This document shows, one piece after another, positions 54,308-64,000 of a DNA stretch of 64,000 bases (positions within the stretch are counted from its first letter, which is position 1; every line of letters begins with the position of its first letter). The DNA is from an uncultured Candidatus Rokubacteria bacterium. Lineage in GTDB: Bacteria > Methylomirabilota > Methylomirabilia > Rokubacteriales > CSP1-6. The notes under the pieces were generated by a model. That model saw only the letters and a list, made by a program, of their open reading frames with translations. It did no database searches and was not told the origin of the DNA. The DNA is taken from the NCBI GenBank assembly GCA_963758635.1, contig CAVWWD010000008.1:1152001-1216000 (forward strand), written 5' to 3'. The position numbers were made by a program, and so were the translations under genes.

Positions 54308-54903
54308 TCTACCTCGTCCGGCACGCCGCGCCGGAGGGCCACGAGACGCGGCGCTTCATCGGCCACCTGGACGTGCCGCTGTCCGCGCACGGCGAGGCGC
54401 AGGCGCGCGCGGTGGCGCGGCGCCTGACGCCCGTGCCGTTCGCCGCCGTCTACGCGAGCGACCTCGCGCGCACCCGCCGCACCGCGGAGATCATCGCCGC
54501 GCCGCACGCGCTCACCCCGATCCAGGTGCCGGCGCTGCGCGAGTTCGCCATGGGCGAGTGGGAGGGGCTCACCGCGGAGCAGATCCGCGACCGCGACGCC
54601 GCGGCGTTCGACGAGTGGATGGCGAACGTGGGTGAGTTCCAGTTCCCCGGGGGCGAGAACCTGGCCCAGGTGGACGCGCGCGCCTGGCCGGCCTTCGAGC
54701 GCATCGCCGCCGCCCACGCGCGCGTTCCCGTCGCCGTGGTCGCCCACGGCGGCCCGAACCGCGCCATCCTCTGCCGCGCGCTGGGCCTGCCGATCGCGCG
54801 CATCCTCGCCCTCGGCCAGGACTACGCCGCGGTGTCGGTGCTCGAGCCTGGGCCGCGGGGCTGGCGGATCGCCGCGCTCAACGAGGGCCCCGGCACGCCA
54901 TGA
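54304..54903 (+). CDS. cobC: Histidine phosphatase (alpha-ribazole phosphatase-like)
   Basis: LVRH, SDLART and VAHGG motifs; adjacent to cobS. Confidence 0.8.
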   Translation: MIYLVRHAAPEGHETRRFIGHLDVPLSAHGEAQARAVARRLTPVPFAAVYASDLARTRRTAEIIAAPHALTPIQVPALREFAMGEWEGLTAEQIRDRDAAAFDEWMANVGEFQFPGGENLAQVDARAWPAFERIAAAHARVPVAVVAHGGPNRAILCRALGLPIARILALGQDYAAVSVLEPGPRGWRIAALNEGPGTP

Positions 54904-56510
54904 CCGCGGGCCGGCTGGGGCGACGCGAGCTCCTGGCCGCCGGGGGTGGGGCCGTCGCGCTCGCGCTGGCGCCGCCGGCCGCCCGCGCCGCGCGCGCCCC
55001 GCGCGTCAAGCGCGGCGGCATCCTCAAGCACGTGGCGCTCGAGCCCTGGACGTTCGACATCCACGCGAGCCCGTCACCGGCGACGCAGATGGCCTCGTCG
55101 CTCGTCCGCCGCACGCTCGTGCGCTGCGCGCGCGACCCGCGGAGCGGCGCGCCGGACCTGGCCATCGCGCCGGACCTGGCCGCGCGCTGGCGCGTGTCGC
55201 CCGACGGGCGGACCTACACGTTCGGGCTGCGTCCCGGCGTGCACTGGGAGCGGAAGCCGCCGGTGGACGGGCGGGAGCTGGTGGCCGCCGACGTGAAGTA
55301 CACGCTCGAGCGCGCCCTCCGTCGCTCGCCGGAGGCGCCGCGCCTGGGCCCGATCAACGTCGTCGAGGCGCCCGACCCGCGCACCGTGCGCGTGCAGCTC
55401 CGCGCGCCGTTCGCGCCGCTCCTGGCCACCCTCGCCGAGCCGTGGCTCGCCGTGCTGCCGCCCGAGGTGGAGGACCGCTTCGGCGACTTCCGCGCGCCCG
55501 CCTCGCTGGTGGGCTGCGGGCCGTTCTCGCTCGCGCGTCATGAGCCCGGCGTGAAGGCGGTGTTCGAGCGGAACCCCGACTACTACCAGCCGCGGCTGCC
55601 CCTCGTGGACCGCATCGACTGGATCTTCCTGCGCGACCGCGCCACACAGCTCTCCCTGTTCGCCGCGGGGCAGGTGGACGTGCCGTCGCACGACGCCTCC
55701 ATCCCGCGGGCCGCGGCGGCGCGCCTGGCCGGGGCGAGCCCGCCGTATCCGGTGCGGTTCTGGGACGGGCTCGGCGTCGGGAGCCTGGCCCTCCGGGTGG
55801 ACCGGCCGCCGCTCGCCGATCCGCGCCTGCGGCGCGCGTTGAGCCTGGCCGTGGATCGCCGCGGCTGGGTGGCCGAGCGCCTCGACGGCGAGGGGATCGA
55901 GGATCCGGGCCCGCTGCCCGCGCCGATGCGCGAGTGGAGGCTGCCCCGCCACCGGCTCGGGGACGGCGCGCGCTGGCTCGAGCACGACCCGGCGCGCGCG
56001 CGGGCGCTCCTGGCCGAGGCCGGCTTTCCGGGCGGGCTCTCGCTCCGGTGCGCGTACACGCCCTCCGGCGGTCCCGAGTCGGCGACGGAGATGCAGCTCC
56101 TGAGCCGGAGCTTCGAACGGGCCGGCGTGGCGCTCACGATCGTGGCGCTGGAGCCGGGGGCGGCGCCGGTGCCGCGCCACGAGGAGACGAGCTGGGCGAT
56201 GTCGCCCGCGTTCACCGACGTGGACGGCTACCTCTACGGCGCCTTCCGGTCCGGACACCCGGCGAACCGCAGCCACGTGAAGGACGACCGGCTGGACGAG
56301 CTGCTGGAGGCGGAGCGACAGGCCGTCACGCGCGCCGCGCGCCGGCATGTCGTCGCGGACATCCAGCGGCGCGCGGCCGAGGGCGTGTACTACCTCTACA
56401 CGCCGAGCCCGCGGAGCCTGGCCGCGTGGGCCCCGTGGGTCCGCGACTACGCGCCCCGCAGCTCGCTCGATCGCGGCGCGCAGCTCGAGGCGGTGTGGCT
56501 CGACCGTTGA
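54900..56510 (+). CDS. ABC transporter family-5 substrate-binding protein with Tat signal
   Basis: GRRELL twin-arginine motif; PDLA..W..SPDG..YTF.LRPGV and VGCGPF. Confidence 0.88.
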   Translation: MTAGRLGRRELLAAGGGAVALALAPPAARAARAPRVKRGGILKHVALEPWTFDIHASPSPATQMASSLVRRTLVRCARDPRSGAPDLAIAPDLAARWRVSPDGRTYTFGLRPGVHWERKPPVDGRELVAADVKYTLERALRRSPEAPRLGPINVVEAPDPRTVRVQLRAPFAPLLATLAEPWLAVLPPEVEDRFGDFRAPASLVGCGPFSLARHEPGVKAVFERNPDYYQPRLPLVDRIDWIFLRDRATQLSLFAAGQVDVPSHDASIPRAAAARLAGASPPYPVRFWDGLGVGSLALRVDRPPLADPRLRRALSLAVDRRGWVAERLDGEGIEDPGPLPAPMREWRLPRHRLGDGARWLEHDPARARALLAEAGFPGGLSLRCAYTPSGGPESATEMQLLSRSFERAGVALTIVALEPGAAPVPRHEETSWAMSPAFTDVDGYLYGAFRSGHPANRSHVKDDRLDELLEAERQAVTRAARRHVVADIQRRAAEGVYYLYTPSPRSLAAWAPWVRDYAPRSSLDRGAQLEAVWLDR

Positions 56511-56516
56511 TCCCGT

Positions 56517-56933
56517 CTAGCGGCGGAGCGCGAGGGCGCCCGGCCCCAGGAAGACCAGCGCGAGGGTCACGGCGAGGACCAGCAGCACGTACTCGTAGCC
56601 GCCGCCCTTGTCCATGAAGAACCCCTGCTTGAGGTGCACCAGGAAGAAGGCCCCGGCCATGATGGGCAGGTTCACGAGGGCGGCCCAGCGCGTCCAGACG
56701 CCGAGGAGGATGAGGAGGCCCCCGAGCCCGTGGGCGAGGATCACGTACCAGACGCCCACCTCGGGCACGGGCAGGCCGAGCCCGCGCTGGAACTCGATGG
56801 TGCCGCGCACCCCGTAGACGAACAGGGCGAGGTAGGCGTGCATGACGAAGATCACCCCGAGGACGACGCGGAGGATCGTGGCGCCGTAGCTCTCGAGCGA
56901 CCCCGCGGCGCGGCCGGCCGCAGCGCGGCTCAC
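56517..56933 (-). CDS. DoxX family membrane protein
   Basis: LRVVLGVIFVMH..LGVWTRWAA..GYEY..GPGALAL. Confidence 0.88.
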   Translation of the reverse strand: MSRAAAGRAAGSLESYGATILRVVLGVIFVMHAYLALFVYGVRGTIEFQRGLGLPVPEVGVWYVILAHGLGGLLILLGVWTRWAALVNLPIMAGAFFLVHLKQGFFMDKGGGYEYVLLVLAVTLALVFLGPGALALRR

Positions 56934-57655
56934 GGCTTGCGGAACCGGATCTCCGCCATGAACGACTCGGCGGTGGAGTGCGTGTCGTTCGAGTCGACGG
57001 CCACCGAGACGGCGCCCACCGGCTCTGCCGGCTCCTCGCCGTAGATGCGCTTGTAGTCCTCGAGCACGTTGCGCGTCTCCGTGATCCACTTGCCGAGCTC
57101 CGCGGGACCGGAGCGTACGATCACGTAGGTGACGGTGCCCGACTTCTCGCTCTTGGCGATGAGGCCGGCGGGCGCGGTGGTGTCCCACACGTAGCCGATG
57201 ATGCGAGAGCGCACGGCGGACGGAAAGCGCGGGAAGGCCACGTAGATCTGGGCGCCCTGGTCGTCCGACTCCTTGCGCCGCGAGTCGCCGCCCTTGGGAA
57301 GCGCGACGGCCTTCCACCGCCACTCGAGAACCGGGTACTCCTTGAGGTCGACCTTCAGCTCCTTGGAGATGGTGGAGCCCTCGTCGGCGCTCTTCATGTG
57401 GAGCACCTTGCCGGGCCCCTCGGCGACGATGCGGAAGTCGTACTTGGGGCTGCCCCAGTTCTGGGGCTTCCAGCCGTCGGGGACGCCGGTCTTGCCGGCG
57501 GACTGCTTGGACCAGTCCTCGACGAGGAACGCTCCGGGCTGGGTGTGGCCGGGAAGAGCTACGAGGAGCGCCGCGCCCGCCAGGCCAATCGCGGCGGTGA
57601 GGCCCGGCCAGATCCGGCCGATCGGGCTCGGCCGCCATCTCTTCGTCCCTGCCAC
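56930..57655 (-). CDS. DUF3047 family exported protein
   Basis: LEWRWK..LPKGGD..DD, IGYVWD and DSNDT. Confidence 0.82.
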   Translation of the reverse strand: MAGTKRWRPSPIGRIWPGLTAAIGLAGAALLVALPGHTQPGAFLVEDWSKQSAGKTGVPDGWKPQNWGSPKYDFRIVAEGPGKVLHMKSADEGSTISKELKVDLKEYPVLEWRWKAVALPKGGDSRRKESDDQGAQIYVAFPRFPSAVRSRIIGYVWDTTAPAGLIAKSEKSGTVTYVIVRSGPAELGKWITETRNVLEDYKRIYGEEPAEPVGAVSVAVDSNDTHSTAESFMAEIRFRKP

Positions 57656-57736
57656 GCGGAGCCTCCTTGGTACGCCGCCGCCCGGGCCGCGACGCCATGG
57701 GAGTATAGCGCAGGCCCTGTGCTACCGTAACGTGCC

Positions 57737-58099
57737 ATGCCCGATCTGCGCCTGGACAAATGGCTCTGGGCGGCGCGCTTTTTCAAGAGCCGGAGCCTCG
57801 CCGCGGCGGCGTGCGAAGGCGGCAAGGTGGACCTGAACGGACACGCGGCCAAGCCCTCGCGCGCCATCCGAACCGGCGACCGCGTCGAGGTGACGCTGCG
57901 CGGGGGCAAGCGCATCGCCCGTGTCCGCGAGCTGTCCGATCGCCGCGGCTCCGGAGCGCAGGCCGCCCTCCTCTACGAGGACCTCACCCCACCCCGGCCG
58001 CGCGAGGAGCGCCTCGCGCCTCCCGTCCATCGGCCCGCCGGCGCCGGCCGCCCCACCAAGCGCGACCGGCGGCTCCTCGACCGCGTCGCCCGGTGGTGA
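57737..58099 (+). CDS. hslR: S4-domain heat shock protein Hsp15
   Basis: RLDKWLWAARFFKSRS and GRPTKRDRR. Confidence 0.93.
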   Translation: MPDLRLDKWLWAARFFKSRSLAAAACEGGKVDLNGHAAKPSRAIRTGDRVEVTLRGGKRIARVRELSDRRGSGAQAALLYEDLTPPRPREERLAPPVHRPAGAGRPTKRDRRLLDRVARW

Positions 58100-59790
58100 G
58101 CGCGGGCGGGCAGGTGCGCGTCTCGACCCGGGCCGCCGCGCCGCTCTGCGTCCTCGTGGCCGCCGCCGCGATCTTTGCGTTCCTCCCCGCGCTCGACGGC
58201 TGGTGGCTCAGCTGGGACGACGAGATCAACTTCGTCGACAACCCGCACTTCCGCGGGCTGGGCGCGCGCCAGCTCGCCTGGATGCTCACCACCACGCAGC
58301 TCGCCGTCTACCAGCCGCTCGCGTGGATGACGCTCGGGGCGAACTACGTCTTCGGCGGCCTCGATCCGTGGGGCTACCACCTCGTCAACCTGCTCCTCCA
58401 CGGCGCCGCCGCCGCGCTCTTCTTCCTGGTGGCGGCGCGGCTGCTGCGCGCGGGCCTCGGGCCGACGGCGGGCGACGAGGCCGTGCTGGCCGGAGCGCTG
58501 GCCGCCGGGCTCGTGTTCGCCGTGCACCCCCTGCGCGCGGAGTCGGTGGCGTGGGTGACGGAGCGGCGCGACGTGCTCTGCGGCGCGCTCTACCTGGCCG
58601 CGGTGCTCGCCTACCTCCGGGGCGTCGAGGGGGGCGGCGGCCTCCGCGGCACCTGGCGCGCCGTCTCGCTGGGCGCCTTCGCCGCCGCGATCGCGGCCAA
58701 GGGCCTGGCGATCACGCTGCCGCTCAGCCTGCTCGTCCTCGACGTCTACCCGCTGCGGCGCGCCGGCGCGCTCGGGTGGGCGCGGCTGGTCCGCGAGAAG
58801 CTCCCGTTCGCCGTCCTCGCCGCGCTCGGCGCGGTCGCGGCACTGTGGGCGGTGTCGCGGGACGCGCGATGGACGGGCTACGCGGAGCAGGGGCCGGACG
58901 CGCGCGTGGCGATGATCGCCTACAGCCTCTGGTTCTACCCGTCACGGCTCGTGTGGCCCGTGGGCCTCTCGCCGTACTACGAGATGCCGGAGCGGATCGC
59001 CCTCACCGAGGGCCGCTTCCTCGGGCCCGTCCTTGCCGTCCTCGCCGTCACCGTGCTCCTCGTGGCGGCGCGCCGCCGCTGGCCCGCGGGGCTCGCGGCG
59101 TGGACGCACTCGGCCATCGCGCTGGCCCCGGTGAGCGGCGCGGTGCACGCGGGCGCGCAGCTCGCCCACGACCGCTTCAGCTATCTCTCGGGCCTCGGCT
59201 TCGCGCTCGCCGCCGGCGGCGCGGTGGCGTGGCTGGTCGTCCGCTGGCGGCGTCGCGCGGTGAGCGGGACGGTGGCCGGCGCGGCCGCGGCGGTCGGGGC
59301 CCTCGGCGTGCTCGCGCTGGCCGCGGGCGCGTGGGAGCAGAGCAAGGTGTGGCGGAACTCCGAGAGCCTGTGGTGGACGGCGGCGGCGACGGACCCGGCG
59401 TGCGCGCTCTGCCGCGTGAACCTCGGCAACGTGCTCTACGGGCAGCGGCGCTTCCGGGAAGCCGAGGCCGCGTACCGCGCCGCGGTCGCGCTGCGGCCGC
59501 GACGGCCCGAGCCGCACAACAACCTGGGCATCGCGCTCGCCGCCCAGGGCCGCTACGCCGAGGCCGAGCCCGCGTTCCGCGAGGCCCTCCGGCTGTCGCC
59601 CGACATGGCGGGTGCGCTCGCCAACCTGGGCACGCTCTACGCGGACCAGCAGCGCTGGAACGAGGCCGCGCCGCTCCTGCGGCGGGCCATCGAGCTGGGC
59701 CCGGACACGCGAGAGCTCCGCGCCACGATGGTGCGCGTCGACCGCGAGGCGCCGGCGCGCGTCGAGCGCGAGGAGTCGGCGTCCCGATGA
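58096..59790 (+). CDS. TMTC-like GT-C membrane protein with C-terminal TPRs (copy 1)
   Basis: WDD, YQPL, GYHLVNLLLH, HPLRAESVAWVTERRD and DRFSYL; TPRs. Confidence 0.85.
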   Translation: MSAGGQVRVSTRAAAPLCVLVAAAAIFAFLPALDGWWLSWDDEINFVDNPHFRGLGARQLAWMLTTTQLAVYQPLAWMTLGANYVFGGLDPWGYHLVNLLLHGAAAALFFLVAARLLRAGLGPTAGDEAVLAGALAAGLVFAVHPLRAESVAWVTERRDVLCGALYLAAVLAYLRGVEGGGGLRGTWRAVSLGAFAAAIAAKGLAITLPLSLLVLDVYPLRRAGALGWARLVREKLPFAVLAALGAVAALWAVSRDARWTGYAEQGPDARVAMIAYSLWFYPSRLVWPVGLSPYYEMPERIALTEGRFLGPVLAVLAVTVLLVAARRRWPAGLAAWTHSAIALAPVSGAVHAGAQLAHDRFSYLSGLGFALAAGGAVAWLVVRWRRRAVSGTVAGAAAAVGALGVLALAAGAWEQSKVWRNSESLWWTAAATDPACALCRVNLGNVLYGQRRFREAEAAYRAAVALRPRRPEPHNNLGIALAAQGRYAEAEPAFREALRLSPDMAGALANLGTLYADQQRWNEAAPLLRRAIELGPDTRELRATMVRVDREAPARVEREESASR

Positions 59791-61611
59791 ACCGCTGGCT
59801 CGAGCTCTGGCTGCCGCGCCTCGTCCCCGTCGCCGCCGTGGTGGTGTGCTTCTACGCGTTCCTCCCCGCGCTCTCCGCCGGCTTCGTGAACTGGGACGAC
59901 GAGGTGGGCTTCCTCGAGAACCCCCACTACCGCGGGCTCGGCCCGAGCCATCTCTGGTGGATGCTCACCACGACGCGGCTCGGGCACTGGAGCCCGGTGG
60001 CCTGGATCACGTGGGGCATGGACTACGTGCTCTGGGGTCTGGCGCCTCCCGGCTACCACTTCACGAGCCTGCTGCTCCACGCGGTGGCGGCGGGGCTGTT
60101 CGTGCTCCTCGCGCGCCAGCTCATCGCCGCCGCGCTCGAAGGCATGGCGCCCACCGCGGCCGTCGCCGGCGGCGCGCTCCTCGCCGCGCTCGTCTGGGGC
60201 GTGCACCCGCTGCGCACGGAGTCGGTGGCGTGGGTGAGCGGGCGGCGCGACGTGCTCTGCGGGCTCCTGTCGATCGCCGCGGTGCTCGCCTATCTCCGGG
60301 GCGTCCGGGCGGGCGGGGCGGGCGGGCCAATCGACCGCCGGTGGTGGGCGATCTCGGTGCTGCTCTACGCGGGGGCGCTCGGGTCGAAGGCGATCGCGAT
60401 CACGCTGCCGCTGTCGCTCCTGGTGCTGGACGCCTACCCGCTGCGCCGCCTCGGCCTCGACCGGCGCGCGCGAATCCTGGAGAAGGTCCCGTACGCCGTG
60501 CTCGCCGCGGGCGCCGCCGTGATGGCGGTGGTGGCGCGGCAGGACCCCGGCAACATCACGAGCTACGGCGACTACGGGATGGGGGCGCGGATCGCGCTGG
60601 CCGGCTACACGTTCTGGTTCTACCCCGCGCGCTTCGTCTGGCCGGCGCAGCTCTCGCCGATGTACGAGCTGCCCGTGCACGTCGGGCTCACGCAGCTCCG
60701 GTTCATCCTCCCGCTGCTCGCCGTGGTCGCGATCACCGTCGTGCTCGTGCGCCTCCGGCGCCGCTGGCCGGCCGGGCTGGCCGCCTGGGCGCACTCGGCC
60801 ATCGTGCTTCTGCCCGTGAGCGGGTTCGTGCACTCGGGCCTCCAGCTCGCGTACGACCGCAACAGCTATCTCTCGGGAATGGGCTTCGCCATCCTCGTCG
60901 GCGCCGGCCTGACGTGGGCGTTCGCCGACGAGCAGGCGCCGGCCCGTCGCCGCCTCCTCGCCACCGCGGCGGCCGTCCTGATCGCGGCCACGCTGGGCGC
61001 CGCTGTCGTGGATCCAGGCCGGCGTGTGGAGCACCTCGGAGACGCTCTGGCGGCGGGCGACCCAGCTCGATCCGGCCTGCTCGATCTGCGCGAGCAACTT
61101 CGGGCGCGCGCTCGCCCGGCCGGGGCGCTTCGCGGAGGCGGAGTCCTACGTTCGCCGCGCCATCGCGCTCCGGCCCGAGCGGGCTGGCCCCCACGAGAAC
61201 ATGGCGGTGATCGCCACCATGCAGGGCCGCCACGCCGAGGCCGAGGAGGAGTTCCGGAAGGTGGTCGCGATCCGGCCGAACCACGGCGGCTCGCGCAACA
61301 ACCTGGCGGTGGCGATGGCCAACCAGAGGCGCTACAAGGAGGCGGAGAAGGAGCTGCACGAGGCGGCACGCCTGGCTCCCACGCTGGTCGATGTTCCGGC
61401 CAACCTCGGCGGGATCTACGTGCGCCAGGGCCGCCACGCCGAGGCGATCCCGCTCCTGCGGCGCGTGATCGAGACGGATCCCGGCCGCGCGGCCGCGCGC
61501 GCGAGCCTGATCTGGGCGCTCACTGGCCAGGCGGCCGCGCTCGAAGCCAGCGGCAACTCGGCCGAGGCGGCCAAGCTCACCCAGGAGGCCGTCGCGCTCA
61601 GCTCCCGATGA
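59787..61611 (+). CDS. TMTC-like GT-C/TPR protein (copy 2; frameshift near 61010)
   Basis: WDD, HPLRTESVAWVSGRRD and DRNSYL; TPRs. Confidence 0.85.
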
Positions 61612-63614
61612 CGGCGCTCGCCCGGGCAGTGCCGCTCCTGGTGGCGCTGGCCGCGGGCGCCGCATTCCTCCCCGCGCTGGACGCCGGCTTCGTCGACTGG
61701 GACGACGACCGCAACTTCCTGCAGAATCCCGGCTACCGCGGGCTCGGTGCGGCCCAGCTCCGCTGGATGTTCACGAGCACGTGGATGGGGCACTACATCC
61801 CGCTCACGTGGGCGAGCCTCGGGCTCAACTACGCGCTGGGCGGCATGAGCCCGTGGGGCTACCACCTCGGCAATCTCGTCCTTCACGCGACCAACGCCGC
61901 GCTCCTCTTCGCCGTCGCCCGGCGTCTGATCGCCGCCGCGTTCGCGCCGGCGGCCGGGGCGTCGGGGACTGCGGCGCTCGGGGCTGCGGCGTTCACGCCC
62001 GGGGCGGATGCCCGGCGCGCCGCGCGTGCGCTGACCGTGGGCGCCGCGGTGGCGGCGCTCTCGTGGGCGCTCCACCCGCTGCGCGCGGAGTCGGTGGCGT
62101 GGGCCACCGAGCGGCGGGACGTCCTCTGCGGGCTCTTCTACCTCGCCGCCGTGCTCGCCTACCTGCGCGCCGTCTCATCCGGAGCGCGCCGGCGCCGCTG
62201 GCTCGGCGCCTCGGTCGCGGCGCTCGCCTGCGCGCTCGCGTCGAAGGCGATGGCGATGACGCTGCCGCTCACCCTGCTCGTGATCGACGTCTACCCGCTC
62301 CGCCGGCGCGACCGCGGCTGGCTCGCCCTCGTGAGAGAGAAGCTCCCGCACTTCGTCCTCGCCGCGCTGGCCGCCCTGGTCGCCACCTGGGCGGTGACGC
62401 GCGGCGCCGCGTGGACCAGCTACGAGACGTACGGGCTCCCGGCGCGCCTCGCGCTCACCGCGTACAGCTTCTGGTTCCACGCGACCAAGCTCGTCTGGCC
62501 CGAGGGGCTCTCGCCCCTCTACGAGATGCCCGCGCGCATCGATCTCCTCGACCCGCGCTTCCTCGGCCCGTGCGCCGGCGTCCTCGCGCTCACCGCCGTC
62601 CTCCTCGCCCTGCGCCGCCGCGTCCCCGCGCGGCCTCGCCGCGTGGACGCACGCCCTCGTGGTGCTCGCCCCCGTGAGCGGCATCGCCCACGCCGGCTAC
62701 CAGCTCGCGCACGACCGCTACGGCTACCTGGCGAGCCTGGGCGCGGCCACGATCGCGGGGGGCGCCGTCACGTGGCTCCTCCGCGCCCGCCACGCCGCCC
62801 GCGTCTCCCGCTGGGTGACCGCCGCCACCCTCGCCGGCGTCGCGCTGGCCCTCGCCGGCCTCGGCGCGGCGGCCTGGGAGCAGACCAGGATCTGGCACGA
62901 CTCCGAAACCCTCTGGCGCGCCGCCGTGGCCGCCGATCCCGCGTGCTCCCTCTGCCGCCACAAGCTCGGCAACGTCCTCCTCGCCGCCGGCCGCCACGCC
63001 GAAGCCGAGGCCGAGCTCGGCACGGCCGCGGCGCTTCGCCCCGATCGCGCGGGTCCGCTCGTAAGCCTGGGCGCCCTCCTCACGGAGCAGGGCCGCCATC
63101 GCCGAGGCCGAGGCGGCCCTCCGCGAGGCGATACGCCGCGGCCCCAATACCGCCGCCGCGTACGCGAACCTCGGCGCCCTGAAAGCCCGCGGAGGCGACA
63201 CACGCCGAGGCCGTCGCGCTCCTCCGCCAGGCCCGCGTCCTCGCCCCGTGGCTCGACGACGCCCGCGACAACCTCGCCCGCGCCCTAGCCAACCTCGGCG
63301 CCGGCCTGGCGAAGCACGGCCGTCTCCCCGAAGCCATCGCCGCCTTCCGCGAGGCCACGCAGCTCCGACCGGACGACGCCGACGCCTGGCGCAACCTCGG
63401 CCAGGCGCTGGTGGAGCAGGGGAACGCGGCCGAGGCAGTGCCCATGCTCGAGCGCGCCACCCAGATCAGGCCCCGCGGCCCCGCCGAGCACTTCTGGCTC
63501 GCCCGCGCCTACCTCCTCTCCGGCCGCCCCGCCGACGCGCAACCTCACATCACCGTCCTGCGCGAGCTCGACCCCACCGCCGCCAGCGCCCTCGCCGCCT
63601 CGCTACCCCGCTGA
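61608..63614 (+). CDS. TMTC-like GT-C/TPR protein (copy 3; frameshifts)
   Basis: WDD, YIPL, HPLRAESVAWATERRD and DRYGYL; TPRs. Confidence 0.85.
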
Positions 63615-63650
63615 CCCCCGCGTCTCATCCGATCGCGGCCTGCGCGCGAG

Positions 63651-63802
63651 GGAGGGGCGGCGGGGCGGCACCTGGGGTCGCGGAACCACGCCGCACGCGT
63701 CCGCTGCCCCGTTGCGGCTGGGCTCCATCCGGGCGGGCGAGGTCCGTCGCCGGAAGGAGGGGAAGGGCCCCGCGACCCCAGGTGCCGCCCCACCGCCCCT
63801 CC
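63651..63802. repeat. 152-bp element bounded by 33-bp inverted repeats
   Basis: 63651-63683 and 63770-63802 are reverse complements with one mismatch. Confidence 0.85.
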
Positions 63803-63862
63803 GGCAGCCCGCTGTTGGCCACGAACGAGGCCGGACCGCCCACGGCGCCTGCCGCACATGCG

Positions 63863-64000
63863 GCGCAACGTCGGGGTCAGACCCTCGCGCACTCATCCGC
63901 GCGCAACTTCGGGGTCAGACCCTCGCGCAACTTATCCGCGCGCAACTTCGGGGGTCAGACCCTCGCGCGGAACGACACGCCCGCATGTTGCGCGAGGGTC
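63863..64000. repeat. REP-like cluster: three ~38-39-bp tandem units plus an inverted copy cut by the window end
   Basis: GGGGTCAGACCCTCGCGC three times; GTTGCGCGAGGGTC at 63987-64000 is an inverted copy. Confidence 0.85.

Noticed and set aside
57921..63182. 1753-aa giant ORF and other long Arg/Ala/Pro-rich ORFs
   Set aside because: High-GC shadow frames stitched to real genes by indels
63735..63765. SRP (4.5S) RNA suggested by CCGGAAGGA
   Set aside because: Lacks the full CAGG..CCGGAAGGAAGCAGC helix-8 pattern
63863..64000. CRISPR array
   Set aside because: Inter-repeat sequence is itself repeated and too short, and one copy is inverted

Overview
Very GC-rich bacterial DNA. The gene families and short paralogous ORFs resemble Candidatus Rokubacteria/Methylomirabilota; this is inference and was not verified. 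Many genes carry single-base frameshifts, most likely long-read consensus errors, so several CDS coordinates join two or more ORF-track frames. Main content: carbamoyltransferase and SGNH hydrolase, prs, a hybrid histidine kinase with a REC-adenylate cyclase, an aromatic-CoA-type monooxygenase/RidA/SDR group, nucleoside hydrolase and ribokinase, a molybdate cluster (modE, modA, mop, Moco-fold proteins), an ECF42-YCII operon, msrA, nagZ, a type II secretion cluster split by a toxin-antitoxin-rich insert, aroQ, a membrane-tethered ECF sigma factor, cobS/cobC and three tandem TMTC-like GT-C/TPR genes. The best signals missed by the ORF track: (1) two selenoprotein genes, an OsmC-like gene (UGA 5036-5038) and an Rdx/SelW-like CxxU gene (UGA 19020-19022), each followed by a SECIS-like hairpin; (2) a homologous ~110-nt structured leader upstream of two unrelated genes (ybjQ-like and ridA-like); (3) recurrent leaderless-type promoters; (4) a pair of tiny paralogous lipoproteins; (5) several REP/MITE-like repeat structures. 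No rRNA, tRNA, CRISPR array or transposase was found.
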